A DNA stretch of 25,500 bases from Nitrospinota bacterium. GTDB lineage: Bacteria; UBA8248. Location of the stretch: positions 1-25,500 of the forward strand of contig JAYGFR010000264.1 of assembly GCA_046581755.1 (NCBI GenBank), given 5' to 3'. Below the pieces are notes generated by a model that saw only the letters and a program-made list of their open reading frames with translations, was not told where the DNA came from and searched no databases. The position numbers were made by a program, and so were the translations under genes. Shown one piece after another: positions 8,113 to 15,400 of this stretch (its first letter is position 1; the number at the start of each line of letters is the position of its first letter).

Positions 8113-9044
8113 CCCGCTCCCCCCCCGGCCGTGGAAGAGCCGGGTTTTGGTGCCTCGCCCGGGGCGCCGGGCGGTTTTTGCAGGTTCTGCGGGCCTTGCG
8201 TTGAGCCCGCTTCCGGTCCAGCGGGTGTTTGTACGGCGGCCGCGGGCGCTGGTACGGCAGCCGCGGGGGCCTTTTCGGGCAGCCCGGCGTAGCGGACGAT
8301 CGCGGCCACGATCGCGGCCAGGTAGGGATCGTCCTCATTCATCTCGCGGAGCCGCGCGGCTTCCTCGGGCGTGGAGATCACGCCGAGGCTGATGTAGGCG
8401 GCGGGCATGCGCGCGCCCTCGAGAGAGCGCAGGAGGAGGGATCGGATCGGCGGCTTGCGCCCATCGCCCGCCCTGGCGAAGCGCATCTGGAGCCCGCGCG
8501 CGAAGCGTCGGCTCCGGGCCAGGTGGATGTTCTGCCCCCGCTGCCACCTGAGCGAGAGGGCGTCCGAGCCCTCGCCCTCCACGCGGGGGGGGCGCTGGGG
8601 CGCGGCGACCAGGATCGATGGCCCGCGCGCGGTCGGCCTCCAGGAGGCGTCGGCCTGTATCGAGAGAAGAAGCGAGGCGCCGTTGTGGTTGGCGATGGCG
8701 GCGCGGCGGACCGCGCTCACCTCGGCATCCGCCTCGCGGGTGAAGACGACCTTGATCGCCGGCCGCAGCTTGAGGCGCCCGGCGATCAGCTTCGAGACCC
8801 GGAGGGTGAAATCCTTCTCGAGAATCGGGCCGGGTCCCCGGCTGCCGGTGTCGCGCCCCCCGTGGCCCGGGTCCAGGGCGAGGATAAACGGCGCGGCGGC
8901 GGTGGGGCCGGAAGGCGTTTTCGGGGCGGCCCGGCGGGGAGCTTGCCCCGGGGCCCGGGCGGCGTCCGCCCCGGGCGCGCGCGCCGGCTGGGCGTAGGCC
9001 GCCGGAAGGGCCGCCAGAAGCCATCCGGCGATCAGGGCCCGCAT
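8109..9044 (-). CDS. N-acetylmuramoyl-L-alanine amidase (Amidase_3) family protein, probably catalytically inactive
   Basis: Signal peptide MRALIAGWLLAALPAAYA; LDPGHGGRD.G, EKD, VFTR and R...AN are present, but SIQADA replaces SIHAD and MPAAYISLG replaces MPAVLVE.G. Start at 9044 is inferred. Confidence 0.85.
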   Translation of the reverse strand: MRALIAGWLLAALPAAYAQPARAPGADAARAPGQAPRRAAPKTPSGPTAAAPFILALDPGHGGRDTGSRGPGPILEKDFTLRVSKLIAGRLKLRPAIKVVFTREADAEVSAVRRAAIANHNGASLLLSIQADASWRPTARGPSILVAAPQRPPRVEGEGSDALSLRWQRGQNIHLARSRRFARGLQMRFARAGDGRKPPIRSLLLRSLEGARMPAAYISLGVISTPEEAARLREMNEDDPYLAAIVAAIVRYAGLPEKAPAAAVPAPAAAVQTPAGPEAGSTQGPQNLQKPPGAPGEAPKPGSSTAGGGAG

Positions 9045-9146
9045 TATTTTCGCTCGGCAGTTCAACGAATCTCCTCCGGTGCGGTTCGGCCCGCCCAAGG
9101 TAGCATTTTGATCCCGGCGCTCCAACGCGCCCGGCCCCTCCGGGGG

Positions 9147-9175
9147 TTGCACGGACACGCGCCGGAGGATACCGT
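9147..9175 (+). promoter_or_regulatory. Possible sigma70-type promoter
   Basis: TTGCAC (9147-9152), 17-nt spacer, TACCGT (9170-9175), in the divergent gap upstream of the 9231 gene. Partial consensus match only. Confidence 0.3.
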
Positions 9176-9230
9176 TACAACCAGTTCGCCCGGACTGGAT
9201 GCACGCCCGCCTGAGGTGGAGCGCCCCGAC

Positions 9231-9725
9231 ATGCGCCGATTCAACCGACTGACAGCCGTAGTGTTCTTGCTTCTCTTCATATTCGCCGGCGGGTGCGCCA
9301 AGCTCAAAAGCATCAACCCGTTAGCGAACAAAAAGAGAGCCGCGCCCACCCCTCAAAAAAATTACCGGTTCGCCGACCTCCCGGTCCCCGCCAGGCTCAC
9401 ACTGGATGCGGATGCGTCTTTCATCCTGGAAACCCCCGGGACCCGGGCGGGGCAGCTGGTATATACCGGCGGCAATGATTACAAAGCCACCGTTACCTTT
9501 TACAGGAACCGGATGCCCAACCACGGCTGGAAACTCATCAGCAGCGTCGAACGGGGCGAAACCTCGATGACGTTTGAAAAGCCCGGCTGGCTGGTCACCA
9601 TCTTTATCCGCACGTCAGCCCTGGGGAGGACGCGCGTGAGCATCAACCTAGGACCGAGGGGAACGAAACGTGTGGACGAGAATATTCCGGCGCGGACGAA
9701 AGAAGACCGATTCCCCCGGCGGTGA
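9231..9725 (+). CDS. Putative lipoprotein of unknown function
   Basis: MRRFNRLTAVVFLLLFIFAGG-C lipoprotein signal; GAGGTGGAG upstream; globular body (YRFADLPVP..SFILETPG..FY...M...GW). Confidence 0.75.
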   Translation: MRRFNRLTAVVFLLLFIFAGGCAKLKSINPLANKKRAAPTPQKNYRFADLPVPARLTLDADASFILETPGTRAGQLVYTGGNDYKATVTFYRNRMPNHGWKLISSVERGETSMTFEKPGWLVTIFIRTSALGRTRVSINLGPRGTKRVDENIPARTKEDRFPRR

Positions 9726-9744
9726 GGAAACGAATTCGGCATCG

Positions 9745-10008
9745 ATGCCCGTGGTGAAAACCGTGGGCGGGCAGGCCGAGGCCGCTGTCCTCAAAGGGCG
9801 GCTCGAGGCCGAAGACATCCCCGTCCACCTCAGCTACGACTCGGCCGGCGCGGTGTACGGGTTTTCCTCGACCCATCTTGGAAGGGTGGACATCATGGTG
9901 CCCAAGGCTTTCGAGAGCGCCGCGAGATTTATCTGCGGAACGGAAACGGACACCGGCCCCGCGTCCACAGATCCTCCCCCGGACCCTGGCGGAAACGAGG
10001 CCGCCTGA
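9745..10008 (+). CDS. DUF2007-like small putative signal-transducing protein
   Basis: EAAVLKGRLEAEDIPV...G.VDIMVP....AA pattern. Start uncertain (ATG 9745 or GTG 9670). Confidence 0.7.
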   Translation: MPVVKTVGGQAEAAVLKGRLEAEDIPVHLSYDSAGAVYGFSSTHLGRVDIMVPKAFESAARFICGTETDTGPASTDPPPDPGGNEAA

Positions 10009-10027
10009 ACCCCGCTCCGGCCCGCAC

Positions 10028-10627
10028 CTATTTTTCCCAGAAGACCCACAGCCCGTGCTGGCGGGCGATCCGCACATTATTCTCCAGGCCCGCCGCCCTC
10101 ACGATATCTTTCGCCCCGTCCACGGAGAGGCGTTTTTTCCCGAGGCGGCTGTTGAGGGATCTGGCTTGGGGCAGATTCGACTCGATCAGCGCCTCGGGCG
10201 CACCGGCCCCGAAGCCGCCCCCGTGGGCGCCCAGCCCGCCGGATTTCATCACCCGGTTCATCTCGGTCAGGATTTTCTCCTGCCCCTCCCAGAAAAAAAG
10301 CCCCCCCCGGAAGATCACCAGGTCGAACGTATCCTCATCGAACAGGAGGCTGTATTTGTCCATGTTGAGGATTTCCACCCGCCGGCTCATTTCTTTCCGG
10401 CGGACGCATTTCCGGATGTAGGAAAGCGACTTATCGTTTTCGTCGCCGCATACGAATGTCATCTCCGGGCATTTTTCCGCCAGCGCGATCGTAACACCCG
10501 GCCCGTAGGGCCCGATCTCCAGAACACGGCCCGACTGGCGTCCGTACTCTCCCAGTACCTCGTCGGCGACGTAGGGGTAGAATGGGGAAAAAAGATCGTT
10601 CATTTCTCGTTCGAGTTCGAATCCCAT
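10028..10627 (-). CDS. Class I SAM-dependent methyltransferase
   Basis: RVLEIGPYGPG (variant motif I), LLFDEDTFDLVIFRGGLFFW and EMNRVMKSGG; AAAGG upstream of the ATG. Confidence 0.85.
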   Translation of the reverse strand: MGFELEREMNDLFSPFYPYVADEVLGEYGRQSGRVLEIGPYGPGVTIALAEKCPEMTFVCGDENDKSLSYIRKCVRRKEMSRRVEILNMDKYSLLFDEDTFDLVIFRGGLFFWEGQEKILTEMNRVMKSGGLGAHGGGFGAGAPEALIESNLPQARSLNSRLGKKRLSVDGAKDIVRAAGLENNVRIARQHGLWVFWEK

Positions 10628-10662
10628 GAGCCTTTCCCATATTGGACGGCGCCCCGGCCCTC

Positions 10663-10690
10663 TTGACAGGAAGCGGGCGGGCGCTATTTT
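10663..10690 (+). promoter_or_regulatory. Probable sigma70 promoter for the Gfo/Idh/MocA gene
   Basis: Perfect TTGACA (10663-10668), 16-nt spacer, TATTTT (10685-10690), 53 nt upstream of ATG 10744. Confidence 0.5.
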
Positions 10691-10743
10691 AGGGGAACCG
10701 TTTCATCAAAATTCATCTTCCACCGCACCATGAGGGGGTTTGC

Positions 10744-11811
10744 ATGCCGGATCAACCCATCGGCGTGGGCGTGGCCGGACTTGGAAAATGGGCCGAGGTC
10801 ATCGGGCCCGGAATCCAGGCCGCCGAGGGCATCGAAATCGCCGCCTGCTACACGCGAACGCCCGAAAAACGGGAGGATTTCGCCCGCCGCTACGCCTGCG
10901 AGGCGGTGGAAAGCTACGAGGATCTCCTCGCGCATCCGGGCGTCGATGTGGTGGCGATCCTTTCCTCGACCACCGCGCACGCCGCCCAGGCCTTCGCCGC
11001 CATCGAGGCTGGAAAACACCTTTTCATGGAAAAGCCGATCTCCCCCGCCATCGGCGAGGGCATCGAGATCGTCCGCCGGTGCGAGGAGGCCGGGCTCATC
11101 ATGCAGATGGGCTACGAAACCCGGTGCATGGCCGGAATCCGGCATATCAAGCGCCTCCTCGACGAGGGCCGCATCGGCCGGGCCGTCTCCCTCGAGGTGA
11201 ACTGGTCGCACGATCTGGGCCTTCGCCTCACCCCCCGGGACTGGAACTACCACGAGGCCAACTGCCCGGGCGGCCCCATCATGCAGCTCGGCATCCACCA
11301 CGTCTTCAACGCCCTGAACCTACTGGGGCCCATCGAGCGGGTCAAGGCCATCGGGGCGAGGCGGCTCATCTCCGCCGAGGTGCCCGACCTGACCGGCGCG
11401 ATCTTCGAGCATGAATCCGGCGCTGTCACCTACCTGGGCTGCTATTACTTTTGTCCCCGGCGGTTTCATCTGAACCTGCTGGCCACCGAGGCCAGTGCGA
11501 TGCTCCGGATCCGCCTCTCCCAGGGCGAGCTGGGCGAATACTTCAAAACCCTCTTCAACGCCGACGCGAGCACCGACCTCGATATTTACTGGAAGGGAAA
11601 AGAGGAGCCCGAGCGGGTGGACCTCCCCCAAGGGAACGTGATCGTCGAGGAGCTCAAGGAGTTTGTCGAGTGGGTACGGAGGGGCACCCCCTCGGAGGCC
11701 GGCGCCCAATCGGGGGTAGAAACCCTCGCCATCGTCCTCGCCGCGGTGGAGAGCATGAAATCGGGCCGGGCCGTCGAGATGAAGGACTACCTCGCCGCCA
11801 ACCGCGCCTGA
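10744..11811 (+). CDS. Gfo/Idh/MocA family NAD(P)-dependent oxidoreductase
   Basis: IGVGVAGLGKW Rossmann motif, YEDLLAHPGVDVV, AGKHLFMEKP and GGPIMQLGIH. Confidence 0.93.
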   Translation: MPDQPIGVGVAGLGKWAEVIGPGIQAAEGIEIAACYTRTPEKREDFARRYACEAVESYEDLLAHPGVDVVAILSSTTAHAAQAFAAIEAGKHLFMEKPISPAIGEGIEIVRRCEEAGLIMQMGYETRCMAGIRHIKRLLDEGRIGRAVSLEVNWSHDLGLRLTPRDWNYHEANCPGGPIMQLGIHHVFNALNLLGPIERVKAIGARRLISAEVPDLTGAIFEHESGAVTYLGCYYFCPRRFHLNLLATEASAMLRIRLSQGELGEYFKTLFNADASTDLDIYWKGKEEPERVDLPQGNVIVEELKEFVEWVRRGTPSEAGAQSGVETLAIVLAAVESMKSGRAVEMKDYLAANRA

Positions 11812-11968
11812 CCTCCCTGACCTCCCCCCGCCCGGGCACGGGTCCGAAATTTGCCGCCTTTCTCCCGCCGATGGGATCCCGGCCCGCGGTGGAGTATCCT
11901 GATCCCATCGATTGCCAAACGGAATCCTTCTGAAGCCAACCGTATTTCATCCAAGGAGGGGCACGCGC

Positions 11969-12382
11969 ATGCCCTACCTTTTTCATCAGGACGAACTTCC
12001 GAAACTGCTTTCGGTCACACCGGGCCGGGAGCGCATCTTCTTCGTCAGCTCCGAGCTGGCCGATACCGACGCGATGCTGGCCGGAATCATCCGCTACAAA
12101 AAAGGGGCCTCGTCCCCCTATCATTTCCATGAAAACTGCGAGCATTTCTACTTTTTCCTCGAAGGCGCCGGAACGGTCGAAACCGAGGAGGGCGAGACCC
12201 CCATCTCGCCGGGCACCCTCGTGTTCATCCCCGCCGACGCCAAGCACCGCCTCCGCGCTTCGGAGGATTCGACCCACTTCGAGTGCCAGGTCCCGAACCT
12301 GTTCAAGACCACCATCCTCGAGGGGACGGACGACGACCTGCGGTGGGAAAAAGTGGACGGCAAAATCTGGGTTCAGAGCTAG
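11969..12382 (+). CDS. Cupin domain protein with an intact metal-binding motif
   Basis: SPYHFHENCEHFYFFLEGAG and PGTLVFIPADAKH (H-x-H..E..H); strong RBS AAGGAGG at 11953-11959. Confidence 0.9.
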   Translation: MPYLFHQDELPKLLSVTPGRERIFFVSSELADTDAMLAGIIRYKKGASSPYHFHENCEHFYFFLEGAGTVETEEGETPISPGTLVFIPADAKHRLRASEDSTHFECQVPNLFKTTILEGTDDDLRWEKVDGKIWVQS

Positions 12383-12393
12383 GGAAGCGGACG

Positions 12394-12741
12394 ATGATCA
12401 CCTTTATCGATACCGGAGCATGTGAGTGGAAAACACTGGGCGAGGGCCTTGGGGAGGCGGCCGAGGTCGTGAACCGATCCCTGTGCGGGGCCAAGCAGAT
12501 AAGGGCATCCCTCCGCTGGCTCGGCGCGGAGGAGCGCTTCGAGGCAGAGCCTCTTTCCGGCGGCCACCAGCTGATATACGTGATGGAGGGAAGCGGCACC
12601 GTGGTCCTTGGGGAAAAAGAATACGAGGTGGGCCCCGGCGCGGGGCTCTATCTGGGCCCGGGCGAGGGCGAAGCCCTGCGCGGGCCGGACGGCTCGGGCG
12701 GCCCCCTCAAGGCGTTTCATCTCATCGGAGAGCCCCAATAG
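12394..12741 (+). CDS. Small cupin-fold protein lacking the HxH metal motif
   Basis: HQLIYVMEGSGTV...YEVGPGAGLYLGPGE cupin pattern; starts 11 nt after the preceding stop. Confidence 0.75.
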   Translation: MITFIDTGACEWKTLGEGLGEAAEVVNRSLCGAKQIRASLRWLGAEERFEAEPLSGGHQLIYVMEGSGTVVLGEKEYEVGPGAGLYLGPGEGEALRGPDGSGGPLKAFHLIGEPQ

Positions 12742-12765
12742 CGGCGGCGCGCGCCAGGAGACCCC

Positions 12766-13809
12766 ATGGAGCCGGCAAGTTGGACAGAGGATACCCATTC
12801 CGCCATCGAGGAGTACCACCGCCGGGGGTGGACGGACGGCCTGCCCGTCGTCCCCCCCACCGGGGAGCGGGTCGCCGAATTTCTCGCGGTGGGGGGAATG
12901 GCCGAGGATGAAACCCTCTTTCATCTGGCCGAGAGGCGGCGGTCGGTCCCGGCCGGAAAGGTCGCCCTGAACGCCGTCATGGCCGGGTGCCTTCCCGGCT
13001 ACATGCCCGTCCTCCTGGCGGCCCTCGAGGCGATGGCGGACCCGGACTACAACCTCCACTCCAGCGCCGCGAGCACGGGCGGCGCCGCGCCCCTCATGGT
13101 GGTGAACGGTCCCGTCCGCACCGAGATAGGGTTGAACATGGGCGGAAACATCTTCGGCCCGGGCCACCGGGCGAACGCCGCCATCGGCCGCGCGATCCGC
13201 CTCGTCCTCATCAACTGCATTGGCGCGGTCCCCCATCTGCTCGACCGCTCCACCCAGGGGAACCCGGGAAAATACAGCTTCACGTTCGCCGAATACGAGG
13301 AGGCCAGCCCATGGGAGCCGCTGAGCGCCGAAAAGGGGTTTGAGGCCGGGCGCAGCACAGTCGCCCTCCTCGCCACCGAGGGGCCCCACAACATCCAGAA
13401 CCACTACGGCCGGGCGCGCGGCATCCTCGACACCGCCGCCCACACCATGTCCTCCTTGGGCTCCATGAGCGCGGGGCAGAGCTTTATCGTATTCTCTCCC
13501 GAACACGCCGCCCTCATCGCCAAAGAGTTTCGGGATAAACGCGCCGTCAAGGAATACCTCTTCGATCGATCGGGGGTTCCCGAGGCGCTTTTGCGCGAAA
13601 CCGGGAAAATCACCACTCCCGCCTGGGGGGAAAACCCGGGCCGCGTGCCCCACGCCCTCGACCCCGAGGACATCTGGATCGCCGTCGCAGGCGGTGAGGC
13701 CGGGGGCCACTCGGCCTGGATACCCTCCTGGAGCCGCCGCCGGAACGGGGTTACAGTGATGCGGCCCGTCCTGAGCGCCGGGGAGCGGCGGGCAAAAAAG
13801 AAAGAATGA
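12766..13809 (+). CDS. Conserved hypothetical protein (WTDGLPVVPPT family), typical partner of UGSC proteins
   Basis: 347 aa with host-like codon usage; GWTDGLPVVPPT, VALNAVMAGC.P, STGG..P, VVNGP, RANAAIGRA, GNPGKY and VAGG motifs; RBS AGGAGA. Family link is from recall. Confidence 0.82.
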   Translation: MEPASWTEDTHSAIEEYHRRGWTDGLPVVPPTGERVAEFLAVGGMAEDETLFHLAERRRSVPAGKVALNAVMAGCLPGYMPVLLAALEAMADPDYNLHSSAASTGGAAPLMVVNGPVRTEIGLNMGGNIFGPGHRANAAIGRAIRLVLINCIGAVPHLLDRSTQGNPGKYSFTFAEYEEASPWEPLSAEKGFEAGRSTVALLATEGPHNIQNHYGRARGILDTAAHTMSSLGSMSAGQSFIVFSPEHAALIAKEFRDKRAVKEYLFDRSGVPEALLRETGKITTPAWGENPGRVPHALDPEDIWIAVAGGEAGGHSAWIPSWSRRRNGVTVMRPVLSAGERRAKKKE

Positions 13810-13871
13810 CCGCTCCGCTCCTCCCGCGGGAGGGCAAGCCGGCCGTGGGAGCGCAAGCCAAAGGAGATGCC

Positions 13872-14411
13872 ATGGAAGCTCAAACCGGGGTTCCGATATT
13901 CGATCCGTCGGTCGAGCCCGATATCGATCCCTCGCGGCCCGCGATGCGCGACGGCGTTTTGGCCGGAAAGCGGGTGGGGCTTTTGTGGAACTCCAAGCCC
14001 GGCGGCGAGAAGCTCATGCACTACGTGCTCGAGGAACTCCGCGCCTCCGGGCTCGATCCTGCCCTGGCCCGCGAATTTAAAAAGGAATACGACACCCGCC
14101 CGGCGAAAAAGGAGACCTACGACGCGATGGCCGAGGGCTGCGACCTCGTCATCACGGCGGTGGGCGACTGAGGCTCGTGCTCATCGTGCAGTGTGCACGA
14201 CGGCATCGAGATGGAGCGGCGGGGGGTCCCCGCGGCGGTTATCTGCACCGAGCCCTTCCGCCCGACGGTCGAGACGGTCGCCAAGGTGCGCGGGATGGCG
14301 GGCTACGGGGTCGCCTATGTCCCGCATCCGGTGGGCAGCCTCGGAGACGATGAGCTCCAAGAGCGCGCCCGCGCAATCGCGCCCGAAATCAAGAAGCTGC
14401 TGACCGCCTAG
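13872..14411 (+). CDS. UGSC-family selenoprotein, 179 aa, Sec encoded by TGA 14169-14171 (codon 100)
   Basis: RBS AAGGAG (13861-13866) and ATG 13872. ORFs 13806..14171 and 14193..14411 are in the same frame, separated only by TGA. Readthrough gives ...ITAVGD-U-GSCSSCSVHDGIEMERRGVPAAVICTEPF...VPHPV; a SECIS-like hairpin follows. Confidence 0.9.
14174..14210 (+). promoter_or_regulatory. Putative bacterial SECIS element
   Basis: Upper stem TCGTGCA (14184-14190) / TGCACGA (14194-14200) closes a G-starting loop GTG, 19 nt after the TGA. Lower stem CTCG-TGC (14174-14180) pairs with GCA-t-CGAG (14203-14210). Confidence 0.75.
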
Positions 14412-14448
14412 CCCGGCCCGCATCGACGCCACCCCCGGAAGGGTTTAC

Positions 14449-15315
14449 GTGATCCCCCCCTATATTTGCTTCGCGCTCCTCGCCATGCTGTTCTACGGCG
14501 TGGTGGATTTCACCTACGGCCGCGCCATCCGCAAGGGCGTCACACCGGGGACGATGCTCTGCTCGCAGTCGAGCATCGTCTTGCCGGTGACGGGGATCTG
14601 GGCCTGGTGGGAGGGAACCTATCTCTGGTCGAAACCGGCCTTCCTCGGAATCGCGGCGGGCGTTTTCGTCTTCATCGGGCTCTGGGCGTTTATGAAAAGC
14701 CTCCGGCTCGGCGAGACGGGCGTCTCCACCCCCATCTACCGCATCAGCTTCGTCATCACCGCGCTGATCGCCATCGTGTTCCTCGAGGAGCCGATGACCC
14801 TGCGCAAGGGCGCCGGGTTTCTCCTCGCCGGGGCCTCGATTTTTTTCATCTCGGATTGCAGGGCCTCTGACCTCATGCCGGGAGGAGCGATCCGGAGCCG
14901 GGGCCCGTCCATCTTCTGGGCGGTGACGGCGATGTTCGCGGTCGGGGTCCTCAACATCGTCTACAAGCTCGGGGTGGGGTACGGCGTCTCTCCGGTGATG
15001 ATGCTCCACAGCCAAGCGGTATTTTTCATTTGCATCGCCTTCCTCTACGCCCGCTTCACCCAGGGCGGGCCGCGCTTCTCGCGGGTCGGCTGGGCGCACG
15101 CCTCGGTCACGGCGGTCTCCTTCACGGGCGGGATCGTCGCCTTCCTGACCGCCCTCCGGAGCGGCGACGCCAGCGTGGTGACCCCCATCGTGCAGCTCAG
15201 CTTCGCCGTTAGCGTCCTGATGGCGACCTGGTGGCTGGACGAGCGGTTCACCGCGCGAAAACTGGCCGGCCTCGCCTTCGCCCTGGGCACCATCGCCGCC
15301 TTCGCCGGGGGGTGA
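14449..15315 (+). CDS. EamA/DMT family transporter
   Basis: 288 aa, about 10 hydrophobic segments in two repeats (GETGVSTPI..FLEE and GDASVVTPI..WLDE). Confidence 0.88.
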   Translation: MIPPYICFALLAMLFYGVVDFTYGRAIRKGVTPGTMLCSQSSIVLPVTGIWAWWEGTYLWSKPAFLGIAAGVFVFIGLWAFMKSLRLGETGVSTPIYRISFVITALIAIVFLEEPMTLRKGAGFLLAGASIFFISDCRASDLMPGGAIRSRGPSIFWAVTAMFAVGVLNIVYKLGVGYGVSPVMMLHSQAVFFICIAFLYARFTQGGPRFSRVGWAHASVTAVSFTGGIVAFLTALRSGDASVVTPIVQLSFAVSVLMATWWLDERFTARKLAGLAFALGTIAAFAGG

Positions 15316-15400
15316 TTCTTCCACCCGCCGGCGGCCACCAGCCCGCGCCGCCCGGACATTCCGCCAAAGAACCGGCAGAGAACCGGCAAAATATATTTCC

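Noticed and set aside
5969..8338. 789-aa minus-strand ORF
   Set aside because: Arg/Gly/Pro-rich alternative frame of the GerMN gene running on antisense to bioA; no domain signature.
14193..14411. Separate 72-aa gene starting at GTG 14193
   Set aside because: No RBS, the start lies inside the hairpin, and it is in frame with the upstream ORF; better read as the selenoprotein C-terminus.
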